Assembly: GCA_964493715.1 (NCBI GenBank) | Contig: CAZBPC010000002.1 | Location: 73,637-137,636 of the forward strand | Source of the DNA: an uncultured archaeon | Lineage (GTDB): Archaea; Asgardarchaeota; Lokiarchaeia; Sigyniarchaeales; SOKP01 | Reading direction: 5' to 3' | Length of the DNA stretch: 64,000 bases | In this document: positions 32,878 to 43,281 of the stretch, piece by piece | Layout: the number at the start of each line of letters is the position of its first letter | Numbering within the stretch: the first letter of the stretch is position 1 | Program-made: the position numbers and the translations under genes | Notes under the pieces: model-generated | Database searches by the model: none | Seen by the model: only the letters and a program-made list of their open reading frames with translations | What the model was told of the DNA's origin: nothing

Positions 32878-34605
32878 TCACCCCATACCATTAGCCTCTC
32901 GCATGATTTCGAACATTTCTTTTTCATCTTTTTCTGCTTCTTCTGGGAGAGCATAAATCGTACCTAATAAAGAGGCTCGATATTGAATTTTTGCTGCAAA
33001 TTCCACTAGTTGTAACACTGTATATGCATGTTTTATGTCCGTTCCAATACATATATTACCATGATTAGGTAAAAATACAGCATAATTATTTCCTAATGCT
33101 ACTAAAGCCTTTTGAGAGAGTTCTTCAGTCCCTGCCATTCCATACTGTGCTACTTCGCAACCTCCAATGAATGGTATAATTTCATCAACAATAGGACCTA
33201 ATGGCATCCGCGCGATTGAAAGTATAGTAGAATATGGCGCATGAGAATGTATAACAGCATTCACATCTCTTCTTGATTGTAATATCTTCACGTGAAGATG
33301 CTTTTCTGAAGTAGGATTTCGAATTCCCGCAATTACATTAAGATTTTTATCAATTAATACCATATCATCTACTGTCATATCTTCATAGGGAACTGTACTT
33401 GGAGTTAAAAGAAATCCATCTTCTCCGTTTGGTAATTTAATTCGCATTGATATATTACCCGCTGTACCTACAATAAAACCTTTCTCGACCATAGTTTTAC
33501 AAACGTTAAGGATTTCATTACTTTCTGTTTTATAACCGGATAAGGTTAATGGGATCTCTTTTCCTTTCTCTGGGAGGTTGTATCTATCAGCAGAATATCC
33601 CGGTAGCACTTCTGGATTTAGAATGTTAGAAGGGATTTCATTATTCATTAATTTTTCTATATCCTTAACAATCATCATACTATGGTTCTGATTTGTCTCA
33701 AAGGTGTTACCTCCTATATGGGGAGTTACAATTACGTTTTCTAATTGGAGGAATTCATTATATTGATCTACAGGTTCTACATTGAATACATCTATAGCAG
33801 CACCCGCAATTTTTTTTGCTTTAAGAGCTTGATAAAGAGCATCCTCATCCGTTATAGATGCACGTCCAAGATTTATAAAAAATGCACTTGATTTCATTAA
33901 ATCTATTTGTTCTTGCCCTACAAGTCCATCAGTTTCATCCGTGGGGGAACAATGAATTGAAATAATATCAGATTTTGCCATTAAAGTATTTAAATCAACC
34001 AGTTCTCCATTGATATATCTCAACCTTGATTCTTGAACATAGGGATCATAGATTAAAAATTCAACTTCAAAACATTTCAAGCGTTTTGCTACTTCAAATC
34101 CAACGTTTCCTAATCCAATAATGCCAATAATTTTACCCTTTAACTCATTTCCTTTAAATTGGTTGTAATAATCAACATAATCAGTAAAGTCATCAACTTT
34201 AAATTGATTAGAATGTAGTATCTGTGATATTTTATGCACTCTTCGCATTAAAGCAAGCATAAGAGTAATAGTCATCTCAGCAACAGCATTTTTATTCCTA
34301 CCAGGTGTAAAAAGTACAGGAATCCCCTTTTCTGTAGCAGTAAATAGGTCTATATTATTTGGATCATCACGAGTAGAGCCAATAATTTTAAGATCAACAT
34401 TTTCTATAACATCCTTCTTAACATTATCACCCTCACATATTAAGATTTCTGCATTATTCTCCTTTAACTTACTTACTAATTCTTTAGCATCGAAATACAT
34501 GTTCCTTGTATCACGCCAGCTTTCATAAAAAACCTCATCTTGTAATAAATCTTTCAGTTTTTGTATTGATTCTGGAGTCATTTGAGCTGTAATAAATGCC
34601 TTCAT
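32878..34605 (-). CDS. Fusion of D-isomer 2-hydroxyacid dehydrogenase and class II aldolase/adducin domain
   Basis: GIIGLGNVG, INLGRA, TPHIGG; then GTAGNIS, PTSEKHLH, HSH, NHG. Confidence 0.88.
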   Translation of the reverse strand: MKAFITAQMTPESIQKLKDLLQDEVFYESWRDTRNMYFDAKELVSKLKENNAEILICEGDNVKKDVIENVDLKIIGSTRDDPNNIDLFTATEKGIPVLFTPGRNKNAVAEMTITLMLALMRRVHKISQILHSNQFKVDDFTDYVDYYNQFKGNELKGKIIGIIGLGNVGFEVAKRLKCFEVEFLIYDPYVQESRLRYINGELVDLNTLMAKSDIISIHCSPTDETDGLVGQEQIDLMKSSAFFINLGRASITDEDALYQALKAKKIAGAAIDVFNVEPVDQYNEFLQLENVIVTPHIGGNTFETNQNHSMMIVKDIEKLMNNEIPSNILNPEVLPGYSADRYNLPEKGKEIPLTLSGYKTESNEILNVCKTMVEKGFIVGTAGNISMRIKLPNGEDGFLLTPSTVPYEDMTVDDMVLIDKNLNVIAGIRNPTSEKHLHVKILQSRRDVNAVIHSHAPYSTILSIARMPLGPIVDEIIPFIGGCEVAQYGMAGTEELSQKALVALGNNYAVFLPNHGNICIGTDIKHAYTVLQLVEFAAKIQYRASLLGTIYALPEEAEKDEKEMFEIMREANGMG

Positions 34606-34630
34606 TTACATTACCATTAACATATTCTAT

Positions 34631-35446
34631 TTAGAACATTAACTTACGTAATTTTAAAAGATTTTTCATCTTCCCTTTAACTTCAAGTCCTCCACTACTA
34701 TAGGCTTTGATAGGATTAATTTGTTTTGCCATTATTTTAATGTATAGGCCTGAATCTAAAATTACTTGCACAGCAGCATCCTCTTCAAAACCTTCCTCTA
34801 AAATAATTCCTTGATCTTTATTGATCTTAAACAAGTATGATCTTTCAAGGTCTGGAAATGTCATCATTAGCGTATTTTGCCAATCACTAAACACTTTGGA
34901 TACATTTGGGTTATTATATCGATCTACGATCTTTTGTAATGCTTCTTCGAGTGAAATATCAAGAACTGTATTTTGTGGGTTTTCCACTTTTTTAACTACT
35001 GGAACTGTTTCTTTAGAAACAATTTGTGGAGTTGATATTTGTTGTTTTGGACTTGGAAAACTACTCTTCATGGATTCAGTTTCAATCACAGGTATGCTAG
35101 GTCTAATAACTCGTAAACCTCCACCAATACCAGATAATTGATCTTTATTTTTCTCCAAACTTAAATCCCTCCCCTCAAGAAAAAGATCGATAATGTTTTT
35201 AATTTTAATCATTATTAATAAGGATTCAAAAGCTCCTAAAGATATCAAAATAAATCCAAATATAATCATTAGCATCACAAGATTTTGAAATAATTCATTT
35301 GTAATAATCACAGTATATTGCTCAAAACTAATAAAAAACCCAATCAAAATTAGAAATATCCCAACTAAGAATAATGATAATAGAGCGGTTATTAAATAAG
35401 CATTTAGCGCTTGAATGATACCTTTTTGTTTATTTGAAGAAATCAT
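34631..35446 (-). CDS. Two-TM membrane protein with C-terminal SCP2 lipid-binding domain
   Basis: Two N-terminal TMs, Pro/Ser-rich linker, INPIKAYSSGGLEVKGKM. Confidence 0.75.
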   Translation of the reverse strand: MISSNKQKGIIQALNAYLITALLSLFLVGIFLILIGFFISFEQYTVIITNELFQNLVMLMIIFGFILISLGAFESLLIMIKIKNIIDLFLEGRDLSLEKNKDQLSGIGGGLRVIRPSIPVIETESMKSSFPSPKQQISTPQIVSKETVPVVKKVENPQNTVLDISLEEALQKIVDRYNNPNVSKVFSDWQNTLMMTFPDLERSYLFKINKDQGIILEEGFEEDAAVQVILDSGLYIKIMAKQINPIKAYSSGGLEVKGKMKNLLKLRKLMF

Positions 35447-35520
35447 CGATTTGTATATAGTTGTTTATTATTTAATTTATTTATGAACATAAACATTTAA
35501 GCTAATAAATTTGTATTTAA

Positions 35521-37101
35521 TCATCCCAAACGGTATTTGTAATATTGTTGATAAATATTTAACCAACTATTATATCTACTAACTAATTTCTGTATCATCA
35601 ATTTTCGTGGTTCAAATTTATTTATGAGTTTTAGTTCATAATTTCGAGATTTGAGATCATCCAATGATCTTATTCTATTTGCAGCAACATCACACAACAC
35701 AAGCATTCCTTGGATAGAGCATTCATAATTAGTAGATGAGATAATAGGAGATTGGAGAAGGTCTGAAAATCGTTGTAAAAGGGTCAAATTTCGAGTAATC
35801 CCTCCCATAAATGCATAAAACGGATTCTGAATTTTTGCTAGTTTAATGAGATATTCAATATTTCGCATTATGGCAAACTGTATATTATCGAAAACTGCAG
35901 CAATAAATGCATTCTTTTTATGAAAAACCTCTTCCACACCTCCAGGACTTTCAAAATGAAAAAATCCAGGTGGAAGGCCCATTTGAGTGCTTGCAAATGG
36001 TGAAGGACCAAGTAAAGAATATACTGACGATTCTCTTATTTGGTCTGAAGTTGCTTGTAATTCGAATTGGTCATAATGTTCAAATGCTTCATCTAATTTT
36101 TGAAATTTTTGTTTTGAGGTCGAACTCTCTTCTCCATAAAATAAATTTGCCGCCCATTTCAATAACTGTCCTGTTATTCCAGTACTAGCCTCTAAATAAT
36201 AATGATCGAATAAGTCCTTACAAGCAAATATTCCACTCCATGTTTTTTCCTCGGGATCAAAATAAGGGTTTTTTGTTACTGCTTGCACTGGTGAAGTAGT
36301 GCCTAAAACAGCCCCAATTGAGCCTATTTCCATGCATTGGCAACCTAACAATGCTGCTTGAGTATCTGAAATTCCTGCAACCAATTGAACTTCAGAATTA
36401 AGGTCAAGTTCTTTTTGATACTGCTCAGAGACCGTACCAATTATTTCACCTGGTAAAACTGGCCATGGAAAAAAATATTCTGGTAAATCAAGAAGATCCT
36501 CCCAAGCAGGATGCCATAATTTTGTTTCTATATCAAAGAATCCAGATTCTCCTGCGCTGGTTATATTGGCATGAATCTCGCCCCCAAATTTTACCAAAAT
36601 CCAACTATCCATAGGAAGGTATTGTGAAATCTTATGGTACCTCTCCTCTTCTTTTTTCTCTTCTTTAAAATATTTATATCGAGCTGGTAAAAATAATAAA
36701 GAGGGAAAATGTCCAGAACTCTCATAAAATGATTTTCCCGTTCTTTCTAAGAATTCTTTGTCAATTTCTTCGGCATAATCGATTCCCCTAAGTTCAAAAC
36801 TTGCTCCAATATAAACAGCATTATTGTTTTCATCAGTAAATACGCAACTTGGACGCATTGAGGTGGCAGTAATATATTTTAAGTCTTTTGGATTAATTTT
36901 TGCAGCATTTATAGTAACTTTTGTAAGCTCAATCAAATTATTCCAATAATTCTTGTAATTCCATTCACGGTGGAAGCCATCCTTACTTTGAACAATTTTG
37001 CTTCTCCAAGATTTTAAAGCGATAATGTTCCCTGAATCATCTGCTATTGCACACTTCAATAGAGTACTGCCAGAATCATAAACCATCCGATATTCTGTCA
37101 T
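35521..37101 (-). CDS. FGGY-family carbohydrate kinase (LsrK/YoaC-like, divergent)
   Basis: DSGST, TSMRPS, SAGESG, SDTQAALLG, GTT, MGGITRN. Confidence 0.85.
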   Translation of the reverse strand: MTEYRMVYDSGSTLLKCAIADDSGNIIALKSWRSKIVQSKDGFHREWNYKNYWNNLIELTKVTINAAKINPKDLKYITATSMRPSCVFTDENNNAVYIGASFELRGIDYAEEIDKEFLERTGKSFYESSGHFPSLLFLPARYKYFKEEKKEEERYHKISQYLPMDSWILVKFGGEIHANITSAGESGFFDIETKLWHPAWEDLLDLPEYFFPWPVLPGEIIGTVSEQYQKELDLNSEVQLVAGISDTQAALLGCQCMEIGSIGAVLGTTSPVQAVTKNPYFDPEEKTWSGIFACKDLFDHYYLEASTGITGQLLKWAANLFYGEESSTSKQKFQKLDEAFEHYDQFELQATSDQIRESSVYSLLGPSPFASTQMGLPPGFFHFESPGGVEEVFHKKNAFIAAVFDNIQFAIMRNIEYLIKLAKIQNPFYAFMGGITRNLTLLQRFSDLLQSPIISSTNYECSIQGMLVLCDVAANRIRSLDDLKSRNYELKLINKFEPRKLMIQKLVSRYNSWLNIYQQYYKYRLG

Positions 37102-37192
37102 CGTTTTACCACTATTAAAAAATTAAAATATTTTATTCTATATTAAGAATATTTCCTATATCTAATTCTAACAAATAAACATAGATTAATAT

Positions 37193-37546
37193 TTACTGAT
37201 AAAGTACACAAACCATTATTGTAAAACCCCAGGGTGAATTTTCCTTTTCATAAATCAAGCTTTTGACTTCTTCATGCGGGGCTATTCCGGTATTATCTGA
37301 AAATAATTTCCAAGCAAGTTTTCCTATTATTTCTTCTTCCTGCAAGATTTCAAGAAAATTCTGCTTAATTCCCCCCCAATATATCCGCTTTACGTCCATA
37401 ATTTCCTTTAATTCAGATAATTCCATTAATCCTGCAAAAATGAGATTTTCTGTAACATTAGAGAAATGTGTAATAAAATTAGCTGAAACATCTTGAGGGG
37501 ATCCCTCATTTCGATCATATAAAAATACTAATCCAATCGCTTTCAT
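37193..37546 (-). CDS. Hypothetical protein
   Basis: 117-aa ATG-started ORF filling the intergenic space. Confidence 0.6.
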   Translation of the reverse strand: MKAIGLVFLYDRNEGSPQDVSANFITHFSNVTENLIFAGLMELSELKEIMDVKRIYWGGIKQNFLEILQEEEIIGKLAWKLFSDNTGIAPHEEVKSLIYEKENSPWGFTIMVCVLYQ

Positions 37547-37773
37547 GATGTTATAGAAATGAATTATGTTAATTATATTCAGTAATTTAGAGTAATTATA
37601 ACTTGAGGTTATTATTTAAAACTTCTTATCCAAAAAGTAAACCATAAAGTAAAAATCAGAAAATATTTGTTTATACAATTATATTTTATTATCAAAGCAA
37701 ATAAGGTATTATTAATATTTATGAAATGAATTAATAACCTTACTTACCTGAAATTAATAATTAAGTTGATTAC

Positions 37774-38229
37774 ATGTCAGAAATAATGGATAAATTTATT
37801 GGAAAACTTTATGATAAAGCTGAAATTGAAAATTGGAATTTACCAGAAAAGACTAAGGAACAAATTGGTCTAAAAGAAAATAAGTACTTTTTTTTAACCT
37901 CTTCACGAGAGGAAAAACACGGAATGAGGCATGTACATTTCTCCATATATCCAACAAAGTATGAAAAGGTTTATTTTATTTTTGTTAAATTGCCAGAAAT
38001 TAAGCCTCAAATATTGAGCAATGTATTAAATTATTTAAAAAAGTCTAATTTTGATATATTCAACTCAACGGGTTTTTGCTCTCAGGAAAATACCTGCTTT
38101 TTCGGTATATACTTCTCCTTTTATGAAGATCTTAATAAAGGCAAAATAATTGGAGATGTGGGTGAATTTAAAAACATCCAAGAAGTTAAATTATTTAAAT
38201 ATACTTGTATAGGATGTAATGAAGAATAA
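37774..38229 (+). CDS. Hypothetical protein (ACT-like C-terminal half possible)
   Basis: 151-aa ORF; LPEIKPQILSNVLNYL pattern. Confidence 0.55.
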   Translation: MSEIMDKFIGKLYDKAEIENWNLPEKTKEQIGLKENKYFFLTSSREEKHGMRHVHFSIYPTKYEKVYFIFVKLPEIKPQILSNVLNYLKKSNFDIFNSTGFCSQENTCFFGIYFSFYEDLNKGKIIGDVGEFKNIQEVKLFKYTCIGCNEE

Positions 38230-38655
38230 TTACCAAAACGCTTTTTGGAATTTTTGAATCGTTTCTTCCAAACTGTCCTCGATTTCTTTTTCAAAATCAT
38301 GGAAAATTGCTACATCTCCTTCCCACGTTTCCAAGATTTCTATTGGATATAAATCGAAAAAATGGTCAACTATTGATTGCAATTCTTCAATTACTTTTTT
38401 CATTTTGATTTTATTAGAAGAACTTGCCACGAATAGTATGTCATATTTCCTTATTAGAGTATATCTTTTGTCTTGTAATTCAAAATTAGAAAGCCCCTCA
38501 TTTGTTAATTCTTCTGCGAAGGAATTTAAAGCACTCATAAGTCCCCCAAATAGCTGATCATCAAATTTTTCATTAAAAATACGATGATATAGCACGATAC
38601 CTCCTTCCGAAATTATATAGAGATCTTGCAAGACCTTAACCAAGATATTCACCAA
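38230..38655 (-). CDS. Longin-like domain protein (Asgard eukaryotic signature protein)
   Basis: LYIISEGGIVLY...LFGGLMSALNSFAEEL...LFVA...FFDLY...FHDFEKEI. Confidence 0.7.
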   Translation of the reverse strand: MVNILVKVLQDLYIISEGGIVLYHRIFNEKFDDQLFGGLMSALNSFAEELTNEGLSNFELQDKRYTLIRKYDILFVASSSNKIKMKKVIEELQSIVDHFFDLYPIEILETWEGDVAIFHDFEKEIEDSLEETIQKFQKAFW

Positions 38656-38743
38656 AAAAATTGATGTATGAATATTATATTTTGAAAACGTCTTAAATTT
38701 ATAGTTACAAAATTAAAATTAAAAAAAAATTTTTCGCTAGTAT

Positions 38744-39487
38744 TTATTCGCTTGTTTTTGGCCGAATATACCCAAAATATGACGCTATCATTCCTAACAA
38801 CACGAAAATCCACGCTAAAAAATAAAACGGAGAAAATCCAGGTCCACCAAAAAGGATTAATAGTCTATCGATCAAAAAATTAAACGGTACTAGTATATAA
38901 AAGATGGACATCAAAGCTAATGATATAAATGCATTTTTGAAAGTTTTCCCTTCAGCTAACTTGAAAGATTTATATGAACTTATAAAGAATGGAACATAAA
39001 TCATTGCCATGAATAGGAATATCAACAAGAATGCGAATGCATCCAGCAGAGTATTTCCTCTTTCATATACTAGCAAACTGAATGTTAAAGTGATAATCCC
39101 GTAAATAATCACGATTATCTTATGAACTCGATTGTATCCCTTTTCGAAAACATTTACTTTCAAAACATAGGATATAAAAATAGCAATAGTTAGGAAGAAA
39201 AAACTAAATCGAAAATCAGTGATTCTCAAAACGAACCAAGACTGTATAGTTCCCGGATCAGCAAGAGTAGTATTGTAAATGTATTCTACTCCCGAATATA
39301 ATACTAGAACTTTAGATAACCATGAAAAGATTATAGCAATCATGTAAAACAAGAATATCAAGAATAAGTATAGAGTAAATTGGTGTTTTTTTTGGAAATA
39401 TTTCATTAATATTAAACCAAGTATAAATGCAGCTATGATAATAATCGTTGTTTCAAATACCATGCCAATGAATATTAAATCGGGCAT
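38744..39487 (-). CDS. Multi-pass (about 7 TM) membrane protein
   Basis: Seven hydrophobic segments ending in YFGYIRP. Confidence 0.7.
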   Translation of the reverse strand: MPDLIFIGMVFETTIIIIAAFILGLILMKYFQKKHQFTLYLFLIFLFYMIAIIFSWLSKVLVLYSGVEYIYNTTLADPGTIQSWFVLRITDFRFSFFFLTIAIFISYVLKVNVFEKGYNRVHKIIVIIYGIITLTFSLLVYERGNTLLDAFAFLLIFLFMAMIYVPFFISSYKSFKLAEGKTFKNAFISLALMSIFYILVPFNFLIDRLLILFGGPGFSPFYFLAWIFVLLGMIASYFGYIRPKTSE

Positions 39488-39680
39488 ATTAAAATCATAA
39501 AATTTGCATTATTTATACTTTAAGTTTACCAAATAAAATAATTCAAGTTGGATTAAAACTTTAGTATAAATATTATAATATTAATTTAAAACATTTTTTT
39601 GATTCCGAACCACATCAAAAATTTTATTGCTTTTTCAATATTTTAAGCTATTGTATCAATAAATCTATTATACCTCCAAT

Positions 39681-40604
39681 ATGATATCCACTATGACAAC
39701 ATACCATCAGGAATTGAAATTAGCAACCGAAATTGTAAATACAGCTTCAAAAATAACTGAATGGTTTAGAAATGTTGGTTTCCAATCTTTTCAGAAAGAG
39801 GATGATTCTCCTGTAACTATCGCTGATTATGCGAGTCAAATATATATAATTAATAAGATCTCGGAACAATTTCCCGAAGATCAAATAATTGCTGAAGAAG
39901 ATGATAATTCTTTTTTTGATAATGAAGTAAAAAGATCGATTAATTCTTGTTATAAATCTTTAAATATTGGAGAAAATATCAATATTGAAAAAGCAATAAT
40001 CGCGAAAGATAACAAAAAAACCTCCCGTCAGTGGACAATAGATCCAATTGATGGTACAAAAGGGTTCCAGAAAGGATTATCATATGCAATAGGTATAGGG
40101 TTTATGATAAATTCCGATCCAAAAATATGTGCAATCGCAGTTCCAAACTATAAGAAATATGGTAAAGCAATTTTTATCGCTGAAAAAGATAACGGTAGTA
40201 AAGTTGCTATTGAAGCTTTAAAGTTCAAAAAAATTAAAGTAAGTAATCAATTTCAGCTTAAACAAGCTAAATTGTGCCATTCATTGCACTATGATGAACC
40301 TTGGGTTATGGATTTTGCATCACGGGCGGAAATAACAAATTTCATTCAAATAGACAGTATGGTTAAATTTTGCATGGTTGCCGATGGAACTGCTGACTTG
40401 TATGTAAAACCAATGAATCCAAGTAGATCTTTTGTTTGGGATTTCCTTCCTGGAATCTTGTTAGTGCAAGAAGCTGGAGGAACTGTTACTGATTTGCGTG
40501 GAAACTCAATTGAATTTAATGATGATAAATGCATACTAACAACACCCGGATTGATCGCATCTAATTCTATAATCCATAGTGATATTATAGCAAAATTAGC
40601 GTGA
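39681..40604 (+). CDS. Inositol monophosphatase family, 3'(2'),5'-bisphosphate nucleotidase-like
   Basis: KEDDSPVTIADY, AEE, IDPIDGTKGF, WD..G..LVQEAGG. Confidence 0.88.
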   Translation: MISTMTTYHQELKLATEIVNTASKITEWFRNVGFQSFQKEDDSPVTIADYASQIYIINKISEQFPEDQIIAEEDDNSFFDNEVKRSINSCYKSLNIGENINIEKAIIAKDNKKTSRQWTIDPIDGTKGFQKGLSYAIGIGFMINSDPKICAIAVPNYKKYGKAIFIAEKDNGSKVAIEALKFKKIKVSNQFQLKQAKLCHSLHYDEPWVMDFASRAEITNFIQIDSMVKFCMVADGTADLYVKPMNPSRSFVWDFLPGILLVQEAGGTVTDLRGNSIEFNDDKCILTTPGLIASNSIIHSDIIAKLA

Positions 40605-40628
40605 TCTGAAATTTTTAAGAAAAATGGT

Positions 40629-41717
40629 TTACCCTTTTAAATAACTAAGTAAATCTTTTTGAATAATGGTTGATCTCGAAATCAAATTCGATAATTTGAT
40701 TCCAACTAATCTAATTTTACGTTTGTCATTGGAAAATTCTTTAAACAATTCGAGAATTATCTTGATTGTTTTTTCCTTGTTTTGTGTATGATTTGGAAGC
40801 GTCTTAGATCGAGTAAATGTTAAAAAACCTTCCAGTCGAATTTTTAAAGTAATTGTCTTATAGGAAATATTATCATTCTTGACTTTTTTATGGAGTTTTT
40901 CATTAATTTCATCAAATTTTGTTAATATCTCTTGAAAATCATTTGTATCTTTAAAAAATGTTCTCTCCTTGCTTATCGATTTTCTTTCCCTCATTGAATT
41001 CTTTACTTCTCTTTTATCCATTCCATTCGCAATATCCCAAACCCATTTTCCATTTTTTCCGAATTTTTCTATCATTCTGTGAAGGGGAGTATTAATTATG
41101 TCTCCGATAACTTTAATTCCTTGGTTATTATAATATTCTTTGGATTTTTTTCCAATTCCAGGAATGCGAGTAATATCCAAGGGTGATAAGAATTCCTTGA
41201 ATTTCTCTGGTTTTACAATAGTGATACCATTAGGCTTTTTAAAATCTGAAGCTATTTTTGCAATTGATTTAGTAGGAGCACATCCAATTGATAGGGTTAT
41301 TCCCACCTCATCTAAAACTCTACTTTGAATTTCTTTTGCAACAATGAATGCATCCTCATAAGTTCTGCAGTTTTCAGAGATATCTATATATGCTTCATCA
41401 ATACTAACTTGCTGAAAAATTGAACTGACTGAATTTATGATTCCCATTACCTTTTCTGAAGCTTCTTGGTATTTTGTAAAATCAGGACGTAAATATATAC
41501 CATAAGGGCATTTTTTATATGCAATTGAAATTGGCATTGCGGAGTGAAGACCATATTTTCTCGCTTCATAATTACACGTAGAAACCACTCCCCTTCCTTT
41601 TCCAGCTTTAGGATCTGCTCCAACTATAACGGGCTTATCTTTATAATCTGGATTATCTCTAACCTCAACAGCAGCGAAAAAAGCATCCAAATCGCAATGT
41701 AGGATTATTTGATTCAT
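40629..41717 (-). CDS. dinB: Y-family DNA polymerase IV (DinB/Dpo4)
   Basis: HCDLDAFFA, YEARKYG, SIDEAY, KPNG; C-terminal PIP-like QKDLLSY. Confidence 0.93.
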   Translation of the reverse strand: MNQIILHCDLDAFFAAVEVRDNPDYKDKPVIVGADPKAGKGRGVVSTCNYEARKYGLHSAMPISIAYKKCPYGIYLRPDFTKYQEASEKVMGIINSVSSIFQQVSIDEAYIDISENCRTYEDAFIVAKEIQSRVLDEVGITLSIGCAPTKSIAKIASDFKKPNGITIVKPEKFKEFLSPLDITRIPGIGKKSKEYYNNQGIKVIGDIINTPLHRMIEKFGKNGKWVWDIANGMDKREVKNSMRERKSISKERTFFKDTNDFQEILTKFDEINEKLHKKVKNDNISYKTITLKIRLEGFLTFTRSKTLPNHTQNKEKTIKIILELFKEFSNDKRKIRLVGIKLSNLISRSTIIQKDLLSYLKG

Positions 41718-41781
41718 ATTTTTAATTAGAGGAATTAATAACCAATTTCACAAGCATAAAGTGTTTTTATTAATATAAAAA

Positions 41782-42549
41782 ATGCCTCATCAAGAATTTT
41801 TTAATTTGGAAAGTTTAGTATTTATTGGACATAAGCAAAATCTATTTATTTCAAATATTAAAATCAAATATATGAGTTTAATTGATGAAGATCAAATGCG
41901 TTTAGTGATAGTGAACGCATCAAAAAAGATATATAGCAGAGGATTAGTTCAAGCAGGAGAGGGTAATTTAAGCCTTAGAATCCCTGGTAAAAATGAAATG
42001 TTTATCACTCCTACTTACAATACTTATGAAGACTTACAAAAAGCAAATTTAGTGCAAATCAATTTTGATGGCATCCTTGTAAATTCCACGAGACAACCCT
42101 CTTCAGAATACAGATTACATGTTGATTTATATAAAGCGCGTCCCAAGGTGATGGCAATCATCCACACTCACTCACCCTATGCTACAATGCTTTCTGTTGC
42201 TAGAATGAAAATTCCAGTTTTAATTGAAGAGCAAGTCATATTTCTTGGTGGTCATATCGATGTTTCCGAGTTTGCTTCTGCCCATACTGAAGAATTTAGT
42301 AATAATGCAATAAAAGGACTAGGAACAAGAAATGCAACTTTGATGGCTAATCATGGAGTTCTAGCTTGTGGTAAATCAATGAGTGACGCTATTAAAATGG
42401 CAGAATTAGTAGAAAAATTAGCTTGGATTTATTATGGTGCAAAATTAATGGGTGGTCCCGTAAGTATTTCTGATAAATCTTGCCCTATGTTTATTGAAGT
42501 GTTTGAAGAAAAATTTGCCACACATGAAAAGTTAATTAGTGATTGTTAG
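41782..42549 (+). CDS. Class II aldolase/adducin family protein (start probably ATG at 41872)
   Basis: GEGNLS, PSSEYRLH, HTH, NHG. Confidence 0.88.
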   Translation: MPHQEFFNLESLVFIGHKQNLFISNIKIKYMSLIDEDQMRLVIVNASKKIYSRGLVQAGEGNLSLRIPGKNEMFITPTYNTYEDLQKANLVQINFDGILVNSTRQPSSEYRLHVDLYKARPKVMAIIHTHSPYATMLSVARMKIPVLIEEQVIFLGGHIDVSEFASAHTEEFSNNAIKGLGTRNATLMANHGVLACGKSMSDAIKMAELVEKLAWIYYGAKLMGGPVSISDKSCPMFIEVFEEKFATHEKLISDC

Positions 42550-42590
42550 GTTTGAATTAGCTTTTTTAATCTTTTTTAATTTATTTATAT

Positions 42591-43265
42591 ATGGAACCAG
42601 AAAAAATTAGGGAATTGAGAAATGCTGTTGTAGATGCCGCTAAATCGATTTTTTCTAAAGGTTTGGTTGAAAATAATGAAGGTAATGTTAGCATCCGTGT
42701 TGGGAAAAATGAAGAATATTTAATTACTCCAACCGCAAATCAATATGATACACTCACCGAAGATCAGATTGTTCATATGGCTTTTGATGGAACTCCTTTA
42801 AGTTCTGGAAAATTGCCATCAAGTGAAACCAAACTACATACAGCAATTTTTAAATCAAGACCAAAAGTTCAATGCGTTATTCATACCCATTCAACCTTTG
42901 CCACAATGCTATCAGTTGTAAGAAAAGGTATCCCAATAATAATGGAGGAACAAATAATTTATTTAGGGGGGTCCATTGATGTGTCAAATTATGGAGAAGC
43001 TCATACTGATGATATTGGAGAAGTTGCCCTTAAAGCTTTAGGTTATAAGAATGGTGCGATATTAGCAAATCATGGAGTTATAGTATGTGGGAAATCGGCT
43101 TCTAATGCAATAAAAAACGCAGAATTAGTTGAAAAATTCGCAAAGATCTATTGGGGAAGCCTTCTTATTGGAGAGCCTCAACTCTTGATTGATGAGGATT
43201 TAGAAAGATTTCATAAAATGTTTCAACAATTATTTGCTAATTGCCCAAGAAAATTATTAAAATAA
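42591..43265 (+). CDS. Class II aldolase/adducin family protein (tandem paralog)
   Basis: NEGNVS, PSSETKLH, HTH, NHG. Confidence 0.88.
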   Translation: MEPEKIRELRNAVVDAAKSIFSKGLVENNEGNVSIRVGKNEEYLITPTANQYDTLTEDQIVHMAFDGTPLSSGKLPSSETKLHTAIFKSRPKVQCVIHTHSTFATMLSVVRKGIPIIMEEQIIYLGGSIDVSNYGEAHTDDIGEVALKALGYKNGAILANHGVIVCGKSASNAIKNAELVEKFAKIYWGSLLIGEPQLLIDEDLERFHKMFQQLFANCPRKLLK

Positions 43266-43281
43266 ACCTAAAGAAGAAATC

